Below are positions 36,701 to 47,618 of a DNA stretch of 64,000 nt, piece by piece. Both the position numbers and the translations under genes were made by a program. The DNA is from Magallana gigas (lineage: Eukaryota), in assembly GCF_963853765.1 (NCBI RefSeq), contig NC_088857.1:37820001-37884000 (forward strand), in the 5' to 3' direction. Position 1 is the stretch's first letter; every line of letters begins with the position of its first letter. The notes beneath the pieces were generated by a model that searched no databases, was not told the origin of the DNA, and saw only the letters and a program-made list of their open reading frames with translations.

Positions 36701-39529
36701 AAATTTTTAACATATCATCGTCTGTTAATTTTCGTCAAATTTCTAACTAATTGAAAATACACAATCGTAGCCTAGTTAAACGAATTAAGACGGAATATTA
36801 TCACATTAACCATGCTATCAGAGATTTACACGAAGCTTACAGCGCATTTAACATATATAATAAACTTATAAAACGTGTTAATTGCAGTATAATCCAATGA
36901 ATGAACTGTTATCTGTCGTATTGATTTAAGCTTGGTTAAACATCACAATGATTAGATAAACTAAACTTATTCTTACGACATTCTATTTACAAATAACTAG
37001 GAGTGACAATCGACTAACCAAGTACCCCGCTAACTGATTATCAAAATACACAAATTTTTGCATATTAATCTATTTTTCAATTTACCGCATTAATACCACA
37101 CAAAGAACAATATTTGTTGATATGTTAACAATTCATAACATCATATTTTATGGATTTAAAATTATTTTGAAAATTTATATCGGAAAAATATAGTGTTCCG
37201 ATGGGGTTTCTTCGACCTTCGCACTTCCGCCTACAGGGCGAAGATGCGAGAGTGCGAAGTTGCAAAGGCGAAAGTGCGAAGGGGCAAAAGTGCGACTATC
37301 GCTCCTTCGCCGTCGCAACCACGCACTCTCGCCTTAGCATCTTCGCGATTTCGCCTTTGCCTATTTTAATTGCATTCAGCTATTGTCGGTCAATTACATA
37401 AAAATTGATGCAAGTAACGTACTCGCCCGATATTTACGGAACACTCTCGGATCTTACTGGTATGCATGCGCTAGGCCATCGTGCTTACTATGAATGTTTA
37501 TTTATCTTTACGTTATTATGTGACATACATGGTACATGTATATGTTGACCAGTGCTGGCTATGCCTATTCATGATATGATCCACTGTAACATTTTGATTA
37601 ATTTCAGTATCCTACCTTGCTTGTTCATTCACGGATCTAGAGGATGAGAGAGGATCCGCACCCTAGCCCCCATCCACCAGCGCCTCGTAAATTCAATATT
37701 ATTTATTTCAAACAAAAAAAGAGGAGAGGGGGTCAGGACCCACACCTGAAAAATTTAATATTAATTTCACATAGTAAATTTACCAAAAATATGCCTTGGA
37801 GCCTCCCCTTTCCCACAGCAAATACATTATCCATCGGACCCCTCCCCTCGAATTATGGAACTGCGCAGGCTGTTGAAAAAAAATCGTTCTCTGCCGCAAA
37901 TGTCATTTTATACACATAAAAGTACTTTTAAACGATAGAAAAGTCCACAAACATAAAAATGCAAGTGCGAAGGCGAGGTAGCGATAGTAGTATCGCTCCT
38001 TCGCCTTCGCAACTTCGCACTTTCGCCTTTGCATCTTCGCGCTTTGCCGTCGCATCTTCGCACTTTCGCCTTCACAACTTCGCGCTTTCGCCTTCGCATC
38101 TTCGAAGTCTCGCATCTTCGCCCTAAAGGCTTTATGATAGATTTGATAACGCCCCGACCGAAATTATAACCTTATAATATTTAAAGAAAGATTCCTTATT
38201 ACTAATATTTATATCTTTTTCAGCAGTTGAACAATTAAAGTTATAATATTAAGTTTGCAAACCCCGCTTGCGCCCCAACAATACGTCATTTGAATTTATT
38301 GGACTGTATAGTACAAATTCGATTCGTAGTGTTATAACAGACAAAGACAATAAATTATGTAAATATAATGATATATCCAATTATGAAGTACAAAAAGCAT
38401 CATTTTCTTCATGCGGAAATAACTTTATCTAGTTCAATATAAAGACAAAACATGTTTTTAAAAAATATTTAAATCTTTGAAAACGGGTTGTAAAATGGAA
38501 TAATTGCACACTCACTAAATCAATAAACATAAACGTTTGATAGTTTTATGTTAATGCTCTTGTGTTTATCAACATTAAAAAACAGAGTTGGGTTGCTATG
38601 CCTGCGTATTGCATGTGTTATTGTTTTACCCTTTACTGGGAATACTAGATAGTGGTTACTTTCTGTTAGTTATGTGAGGTGGGGGTGGGCAGTAGAAAGG
38701 TCTGGGTGTTTAAAAAGGTTAACTTACCTCGCCATCGCACTGGATGAGATATCGACACATACCGGGGTCCTGAACGTCAAGGCAACTGACACAATGGACG
38801 GGCGGATCTACATTGTAAATCACGAAAATGTCCGTAAGTATACAATAATGTATTTGACTATTTCTTTAATGACACGACAATTTTAAAGCATCGTTGTTTA
38901 CAGGTTATATGAACTTAAAAAAGTAGCTATAAAAATCGTATTATTTTTTCAAATATAAAAATTACAAACACAAATCAATTAAATCAAAATGAACTTAGAT
39001 AAATAAGAATACTGTAGATTCCTTATTTTACGTGAGTAATTAATTTCGCGACTCAACCATTTTAAATGAAATCACGTGCATATCAAGTAGGAAACGCCGT
39101 CTTTTCCCCATAGTTTAACTTAAAAGGCGAGATTCTAAAGTTCGCCAGAAGCACCTCTCGCTATTTAACGCAGACTTTTTTGTTTAATTAAGGAACCTAC
39201 AGTAATGTTAAGTATACATTTATTCAATGGTAATTGACGATTTACCATGATGGTCTTGCCCATGCAAAACAACAGCAAAGATGGTGAACAAAAAGACGCC
39301 ATCTTAAGACAAAATAAAATGTCGTTATTAAAAATTGAGACTTCTTATATTTTCCAAAGAGTATTTATTTAAGAAAAAAAAGTTTTAATTGCAACACAGA
39401 CGTTGAATATGTTGGTGTTACATAAAACCACCTTTTAACAAAACCAAAGAATTGCTCCATGAAAACATAAGTAATAATTTCTGCATGTTTAAAAAGGAAG
39501 GAATTATGCTTACATCTTGGTAAAGGCAT
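30738..39529 (-). CDS. Paralog B: same architecture, 7 coding exons, 310 aa
   Basis: Minus-strand exons 39529-39514 (MPLPR), 39302-39246, 38807-38728 (DPPVHCVSCLDVQDPGMCRYLIQCDGE), 34977-34918 (CFERTEDQNGTRTKSYGCVK), 34132-34039 (GC donor), 31999-31856 (ShKT), 31219-30738; 933 nt, open frame. Exon sizes match A except a last exon one codon longer. Confidence 0.88.
35172..36285 (+). mobile_element. Decayed DIRS/Ngaro-type tyrosine-recombinase retrotransposon, 3' portion (YR C-terminus + SGNH-hydrolase remnant)
   Basis: 35172-~35490 reads SKIE*FGHSSTLFL..CHVVALTNYLKVR..GQFFVHFDSKPLTRYQFSAIL and, after a frameshift, SFRIGAATEAAM (YR HSFRIGAAT motif). ~35530-35810 reads IIWSDTFPRLYW..KIDAICKAVN..FRYDRTHLNNLG, similar to the SGNH-hydrolase ORF of Ngaro-type elements. 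Stops and deletions present. Antisense within intron 3 of B. Confidence 0.75.
36323..36412. repeat. Three tandem palindromes gttggatat..atatccaac
   Basis: Seen directly at ~36326, ~36358 and ~36390, just beyond the DIRS remnant. Confidence 0.7.
37235..38124. mobile_element. TIR element with GC-rich GCGAAG/CTTCGC subterminal repeat arrays, in intron 3 of B
   Basis: Ends AGGGCGAAGATGCGAGA / TCTCGCATCTTCGCCCT; short-repeat arrays at ~37235-37350 and ~37965-38124; a smaller GC-rich MITE-like piece at ~37630-37870. Confidence 0.6.
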
Positions 39530-40689
39530 TTTCTGTCGAAGAATGATTATCTCTTAGTTGTTATCTTTTGATAGCATACAAGTTGAGACAATATCAAGGT
39601 AATCAACAATATCACGATAAAAATAGTTTGAAACGTGGTTACATGCGAATGTATATATTCAAAGGCATATAGATATTTTTTTTTCTTAAATTCTATCAAA
39701 ATCCTAATCTTAATAGGAAAATACGGGGTATTGACTTTGGACATTTGACTGAAGCTTTCTCTGAATCTTAGGACAAACAACTCTCATCACTCTATTCTGA
39801 AAATTCGGCAGCAAAGTTTATTTTTTTGTAGCGAATAGTTATATGACTGAACATCGAGAAAATTCAATGTGGCAATTTTTCCTACCATCCTAAATCATTT
39901 GGTGGTACCCTTTTGGGAGTAGTTTTTAATTTAAAAATACATCAATGCAAATTTGCTGAGATCTTACTCTTGAATTTAGTCCTCAGACGGATCATAAAGG
40001 ACTTTTATATATGGTTTGAGCCTAAAATGGCCCCCTAAAATGAACATTGTCATTTTACTGTAATTCTTTGTTTTATTTGTACAAATATACATTTGAAGTT
40101 TTTTCATAATTTTCATTTTGATTTCAGTGCCCACAATTTAAAAATATGACATCATAAAGTTTACCTTTTCCCGCCATTTTCTCATTTTTAGCATAAAACG
40201 GCTTGTTTTAAGGCAGTTTTTCTTTCAGGAAACATTGAGCGACTGCTTGAACAAACAAAATATTTTCACCAAAGATGTATCTCTCCAATACTTATAAGTG
40301 ACAAAAAGTTCGTTCTTGTTCAAAGAGTCGCTCTATATTTCCCATTCGAAAAAAGATAAGAAAAATGTCAATTTTTGATTGATTTTGATTGAAATATAAA
40401 AATAGCGTCACTTCTGACGTCATATACTGACAGTGAATGCATATAAATCAAATAAATAGGTAAAAAACATACTTCATGTCAACTCTTTTATAAAATAACA
40501 CAACAAAGTAATGTACCTGAATCGTTTAAAAAATGGCGAATTTTGGGGGCCAAATCTGACTATCATATATAGTTCTTTGATACCAGTATCTTTTGTTGAA
40601 TATTTTTTTTTAAAAAGACTATTTTTTCAAAATTTTAATATACTAGAATTGCAATAGTCTATCGTCCTGTGCTTTGAAAACTACGTCAT

Positions 40690-41052
40690 TTGATTCAATA
40701 GTTGTCTTTTTTTTTTATTAAAAGCTTCTATTTTTAGTCCACCTTTTATCAAATCTCACAAATCTCACAAATGTATTCCAAAAATTGATCTCCAAAGAAG
40801 ACAAAAGAATAAGGTATACAACCATTTCAAAATGTTCTGTCGTTTTCATGGAATAGATATTGATAAAAATGTCTACATGTATATCTAAGTCGAAAGCAAA
40901 GTAAAACAAATACAAATCACATCAGAGATTTCCTCTTTCATTGAGAGAAGACAGCTGTTTCTTTCTCCACCCCTCTTTCACACTCTCTCAATTAAAATGA
41001 GTAATCTATTTTTTTGTTTCGTCTGTGATTTGACTTTAATTCAATAAACGAG
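40690..41052 (-). repeat. Inverted remnant of the tRNA-array spacer upstream of paralog B
   Basis: Reverse complement aligns by eye to ~18020-18400 (ctcgtttattgaattaaa...gctgtcttctctcaatgaaagaggaaa...agcttttaataaaaaa). Confidence 0.8.
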
Positions 41053-41122
41053 AAAAGGGGAATAAAATATCTGCCGCCTTATCTCATTTGATGTTAAAAT
41101 TAATATTTCAGATACCCAAAAG

Positions 41123-41155
41123 AGTCCATCGCCCTAACTCCTCAGCCGAATCGTC
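41123..41155 (-). pseudogene. Degenerate 5' half of tRNA-Ser
   Basis: Reverse complement GACGATTCGGCTGAGGAGTTAGGGCGATGGACT matches 26/33 nt of the tRNA-Ser 5' half and is preceded by caacaa as in copy 1. It lies next to an inverted remnant of the array spacer; a more decayed homologous stretch is at ~14420-14490. Confidence 0.5.
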
Positions 41156-44100
41156 TTGTTGGTTCCAGATATCATTCGTTACAGCGGGTGTAATCTAGAT
41201 ACTTGTGTCTCTAACAAACGTATTTAGTAATTAACCATCAAGTCAAAAACTGAAAAAATTCAAGACTGATTAAAGAAGAATAGCTAAAAAAGATAGACAT
41301 ATAATTTACAATTTACTACGATTGTTTAAATACTATGTAAAATGACATGTTGGTCGCTTTATCAAATAATATATTCGTTTTTAATGTACATGTAAATCTT
41401 TAATTTCTCTGCCTACGATTGTCAACTTAAATAATGATTCCTGTCTGATGCTTTAATTTTGTTTGACTTGAATCCCATTCAGTGAGGAGGCTTGAAGGTC
41501 AACAAATTAAACATTAAACCTGCCTTAACTTTGACATATGAAAATTTTGGCCAATAGCTATAGCTAACATTTAGAAAAGAAAAACTCCAGAAAGTTCATC
41601 TTTAAAAAGTACTCACATCTTAATGTTTATATATACCTTTGTTGCATCTTCTCTGTTTACCTGTAAAAAAGAAACACGCAGCAAAGTATCTAATATTGTC
41701 AGAGATTAGTAGTTGGTTTTGTAGTCAAATCAGAATCTCTCAAGGACTGTACAATTGTTTAATTATTTTGAGTACAAATTTCCAACACGTTATGATGCAA
41801 GGGACATCGTTATTTGATAATAATACGAAGGTGTATAATTATGTATAAAAATATTTAAATATTTTATTATAATTTAATGTACCAACTAGTATATTTAAGA
41901 ATGTTAAGATTTCATTAGCATAGTGTTAGGAGGTGTAAGTTAGAAGTATAAAAGTTTTCTCTCTTAATATGACTTCCGAAATTCGCAGTGCAAACCAAAT
42001 TGTAATGCCTTAAACTTTTACATCCAAAATGTAATGCCTTAAACTTTGAAATATGAAAAATTGCTCATTAACTAATATTTATTAAATAAAAAACCTTATT
42101 GTTTTACCATATCAATTTTAGAAGTGTCCAGTATCTTTAATACATATATGTAGCTCGTCTTCGTAAAGAGGTAAATAGGCTTAATATGGCCACGGCCATC
42201 AAGCCCCTTTAGACGGCAAAGCTAAATCTCTCTTGAAACTCCCTTTGTCATTTTGACAAAAATAGGGTTGCCTTTCCTTTTTTAGCCTCTGAGGTATAAA
42301 TATGATGCAACTAGAATGCAACTACTGCAATTAGTGGGGAAATACTGAGTACTGAGAAATATGTTATAAAAATATATTAAGTCGAACATAAATAGTAACA
42401 TAATATAATGTACAGGTATCTCCTTTTGTTCAGACGTCTATATATCTTTATTTCTAATATTATCTTGAAACTATTTAAGTAATATTTCAATGAAAATTTG
42501 ACTGTTGAATATTTTTAAAAATATATTTTCGTCTCCAATTTTTTCCACATACACAATTAAATAATTATTACAAAATACAAAGGACAATGATATAAATTAA
42601 ATAAAAGTATCAGGGGTAAGAGATGTATTCTAAAGTATTTGGGGTTTTAACGGTAGTTTTAGTTAATCAATTTATTGTTAGGATATGCAAAAACTGCATA
42701 GCATAATCATGACACAAATTGCGTGATCGTTATGTGTGACGTAGTATCACTTTATGCATCTCCCTAATTGTTGCATTAAATTTTATTTAAATACGTCTTT
42801 GAGTGGTGCAATCATATTGTTAAAATCCTTTATGTTTTGTATTTTGAGAGAGAGAGAAAAAAAAATTTGCTAATTTAGGTCTACTGTTAAATGCTAGAAT
42901 GGTCGGCTGATAATAGAAATGTTAAAGTTTTACTCCATCTCGCATATTTGTTGAGCTACACAAAGACATTTATCAACCAAAAATCTATCCGAATATGTCA
43001 CAGATAAGTAAAGAAAAATGTAACTCCAATATTTCGACTTTTTAGCGAGACACTTTTTTATACATTACTATTTTTAAGTTTTGTGGAGCTCTCTACATAC
43101 AATTTCCATCACCGTTATGTATTTCCTTTAACGAATGCAGTGTTTCATTTGTCGTTTACGACATAAACCATGAGGAACGCGGCAAATTTATAAATCGAGC
43201 AGGAAAACGGTCGGACAGTTAATAGATTAAACATTTGATAAAACGAACATTGTTTAGTGCAATCATCTTCATCATCATCTGAAAGCTTGATAAAGCAATC
43301 ATATGTCTGTTTGTCTTTTTTCTAACGTTCATGAAATAGAAAATTAACTGAATTCGAGAAATAGCCCAAGTACCATACTGAAGTGGGAGACCGCTGCAGA
43401 GTTTTGTTGATGTACTTCTAAGTAAGTTTATATATTCAAAATTTTGCTTACCACCATATGATCTCAGATTTGAAAGAGATGTCAGAAATTTCTTGGTATT
43501 TTGTGGGACATTAACTACACTGCTACAAAAAACTATGTCAGAAATGACAAGTGACAAGGATTTGTTGGTGAGTTGGCAGTCTGTAAAGGATTTTGGATAG
43601 ATGTTCCTTAGGCTACAATTCCACAAATACGAGTCTTTAGTAGGAGGAGGATACTCCATTCAAAATGACGAAGACGTTGTCGAAGACACGATGTAGATAC
43701 AAGAAAAATACCAGAGAGGTAGAGACTTTTTAATTTTTCAAATGCATACTTATGTCACAAGGAAGACGCCATACTAACACGTAGTATATACAAAATTACT
43801 TCATGTTTCAATAAAAGACATTTTACTTATTCGTAACTTCTAATACGGATTACATGCGTATTCTACAGATAATATACATGCTTCACTTTACATGGAAAAA
43901 AACTTACTGACACTATTATACACTTTACACTTATAACATCAGATCGACGGAAGATATATCATTCATATACATAAAGACATAAACGAACGATATGTATATA
44001 TGATTACTTTATATAGATAAACAGCTGGTATAAATATTTTTTGATAAATGTGAATAGATGAATGTTGAAATTATCGAGAAACTTCGTAACTGAAAGTTTT

Positions 44101-46465
44101 AATTTAAGACACTTAGGATATCTTAGAGTCCTATAGAAACTACCTGTCTGAATAAAATTTCTCAGGTAAATACTCTTCTCTTATATGAAATAAAATTCCT
44201 ATTTGATTTTTAGAAAATTATGTAAGATTTTCAATATTTCATGTTGGAAAAATTTTTCTCCTATAGGAATTATTATTTTCCTATGGGATATTCTTTTTAG
44301 AGGTAAATATCTCACTTGTCAGGTGAGACACACTAAGAATTAAAGTAATTTTATACTTTCTTTGCAATTGTCTATTTTTTGGTATAAATTGATTTTTTTT
44401 ATGAAACTGCATCATAAGCGGGTGCAAAAATGCCAACTTGCCACTGTCATAAATATCCGCCAGAGTATTCAGACTAAATTTTGCCGAAGTTTAAAAATAG
44501 AGTTATGTGAGTGGGCTGTCCTGAGATTCAGAAAAATCCTCTAACAAAGATGAATTTTGATTAATTTGAAGTGAAAAAAATGACCTTCATATTTTTGAAT
44601 ATAAAATGACCAAAGTTCCAACCGACTTCTTTTATGATATTGCTTATAAACGTTTATCATTATTATGTAATCGAAAGATAACAACCAAGAGAATTACATT
44701 CCAGGTCAGGAAATGTCTTCCACAAGATGTAAGCATAGTTCTTTCTTTTTTAAACATTCAGAAATTATTATTAAAATATACTTTTATTGAGCACCTCTTT
44801 GCTCTTAATAAAAGGTGGTACGTAATCAGACCAACCTTTACAATTTCTGTGTGCCACTTAAATCTTTTACTGTAATAAATAATCTTCGACAAAAATGAAG
44901 AATAAACTAATTCTAGCGCATTGTTTCATCGGTCGAGAAACAAGAAAACAAAAGAAAGTTAGAATTTGTCTATCACTTTCAACACTTTTCAATTTTCAGT
45001 AACTGAATATACTAGACAGTCTCAATTTTCATTAATTGACATTTCATATTGTCTTAAGATGGCGTCTTTTTGTTTACCATCGTTGCTGTTGCTTTGCATG
45101 GGCAAGTCCAAAATGGTAAATTGTCTATTTTTATTAAATTAATGCATATTCAATTTTATTATTAATTTCGTACATTATGAAGTTAATTTTGATTTAATTG
45201 AATTGTGTTTATATCGGAGGCTATATGTGGTGGCGATTTGTATCATTTGAAAATTTTTAATTTCTGTAAATACCTTTTGCAGTTTTTCACAGTTTGAAAA
45301 CAGCGATTTTTTAAAAATTATAACCGTCTTGTCTTAGAAGAAACAGTAAACTACATAATGGTATGCTAATGGAAGTTCTTGTGATTTACAATGTAGATCC
45401 ACCCGTCCATTGCGTCAAATGTCAAAACGTTCAGGACGCTAGTAGATGTCCACATCTCATCCAGTGCAATGATGAGGTAGGTAAACTTTTGAAACATACC
45501 GGCAATTCTACCCCCCCCCCCCCCTCATTTATCCAACCGAAAGCAACCACTATTTAGTACTCCCAATAAAAAAAACACAATCGCAAATGTAGTAGGCAGT
45601 ATTTTTATGCAAAACTTTGAGTAATTATATACGAGGAACCGGTTAATCGATTGCCATTACTAGGTGTCTTAAAGTTGTCAATCCGAAGAAAAAAGTTCAG
45701 GTTTTACCCAGTAGTCCTGTCTAAATTCTTCTATTATTTAACCAATGAACATTGCACCATGCGATTAATGAGATGCATATGCAAAATGGCAGTAAATTGT
45801 AAATTTTAGTTGATTAACCCACACTTTTAATAAAGAAGTTCGGGTATATTGTTGTAATTCCAGCCAGTCCATCCGTCCGTCTGTCACGTTTTACTTTCTC
45901 AAACTGCTCGTACATCATAAAAACCAGCTAATTGAACTCTTGAAATTTGATTTGAGGTGTCATGTTATTTTTGAAAAAGATTTCAAAAATGCTCTGGTAG
46001 TCCAGGGGAGGGGTCCCATAGTTGGTTACAATGACGTTTTTTTTCACAAAAAAGATCAATAGGTAATATTCAAATTATACTTATTGAAAATAATTGGTTT
46101 AACTTATGACTTTTTTTTACTGAACTGTTACAAAATAGTGTCATTTAAGGGCAAACACTTGATGCGGGCATTACTGTCTAATGACAACATCTAGCTGAAA
46201 ATTGTACCAAAGAAACTAACTCCCAAAGAAATGTAATTTGTGAATTTTCCAAAACATGGAATGTTGTAATTGTATTAATACTCATATATATTGAAGACTT
46301 TTCTCATTGGGTATTTTAATATGAGATGCTAGAAACTATAAAATATATTATATTTGTATTGGTTAATTTTTAACAATTTCATTTAAACAAATAATGAAAA
46401 AATTAAAACCCCTTTCACAATTGGCGCACAAAAATTGTTAATTAAGTTACGTGTTCATGGTAGAT

Positions 46466-47618
46466 TTTAAGGTCACTTGAGTAAACTCAGGTGACTTAGT
46501 GCTATCCGTTTTTGCCCGTCGTCTTTATCGTTTTACATTTTTAACTTCTTCTTAAATACTACAAGACCAATTGTTACCATTTTTGGTGTGAGGCATCTCT
46601 ATGGTAAGAGGAATCTAAATTGTGAAATTCGAGGCTCTACCACTCCCGGGGGCACCACATGGGGCCAAATATGCAAAAAAAAAGCCATATTTTCAAAAAT
46701 TATCTTGTTTACTCCCACACGTGAGGAAAAAACTGGTTGCATGGTTATCATGTACATAACGCCAAATTTCTTGAAATTCATGGCCCTTTGGTCAGGGGTT
46801 CTGGCTCTAGGGTGGGGCCAATATGGCCATATAGTAAAAATGTATTAAATCTTAGAAAATCTTCTCCTCTACTTCCATATATTTTTGTTAAAAACTAAAT
46901 GCATGATTATGATGTCCATGAAGCCCTCTACCAAAATTGTGAAATTCATGACCCCTGTGTCAGGGGTTCAGGCTCTAGGGTGGGGCCAATATGCCCATAT
47001 AGTAAAAATGTATTAAATCTTTAAAAATCTTCTTCTTTACTCCCACACAAAACTGAATACATGGTTATGATGTCCATTAACTCCTCTACCTTAATTGTGA
47101 AATTCATGACGCATGGGTCAGGGGTTCAGGACATAGGGGAGGGGGCAATATGGCAATATAGTGTTAATGGATATAATGTTTTAAAATTGTCTTCTCTATT
47201 CTCACACATATGAATGAAAAACTGACTTCATAATTATGTTACCAGGAAGTCCTCTATTGAAAATCTGAATTTCATGTCCCCTGGAGTACGGGTTTTGACT
47301 CTAGGGTAGGGCCAAAACGGATGTATAGGTGTTAATGCATATAATGTTTAAAAATTATCTTTTTTACTCCCACACACCTTCATGAATTCATGATTTTGTA
47401 GACCAGATCAGAGTCTTTAAGTTTTTCGCCAAAATTATAGGTTTCATTATTCTTTTTGAAAGATTTCAGGCAGGGAGGACAGGTGGTCGTCATTAGAAAT
47501 TTATAATTTTTCTACTCCAGAATGAAACTTAATTAAATGAATATATGAGTCTCCTTGACAAGTTTTGTATGGGTTATATGCTACTCAGGTGACCGTTAAG
47601 GCCTATTGGCTTCTTGTT
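46466..47618 (+). mobile_element. HINE carrying a short array of ~168-bp Cg170-like satellite monomers, in intron 3 of C
   Basis: 5' aggtcacttgagt-aa-actcaggtgac hairpin and 3' actcaggtgaccgttaaggcctattggcttcttgtt end. Internal monomers gaaattcatg...gggtggggccaatatg recur with 168-bp period (46773 to 46941), about 4-5 diverged copies. Family name is from my recollection of the oyster satellite, not from a search. Confidence 0.75.

Noticed and set aside
37201-38115. Arg/Ala/Lys-rich ORFs (37201+, 37903-, 37908-)
   Set aside because: They arise from GCGAAG subterminal repeat arrays of a TIR element; there is no coding evidence.
43219-43659. 146-aa minus-strand ORF (MEYPPPTKDS...)
   Set aside because: No recognisable motif or splice context. 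Its 3' third is homologous to ~12990-13260, where no equivalent open frame is kept. Could be a decayed element; BLASTX would settle it.
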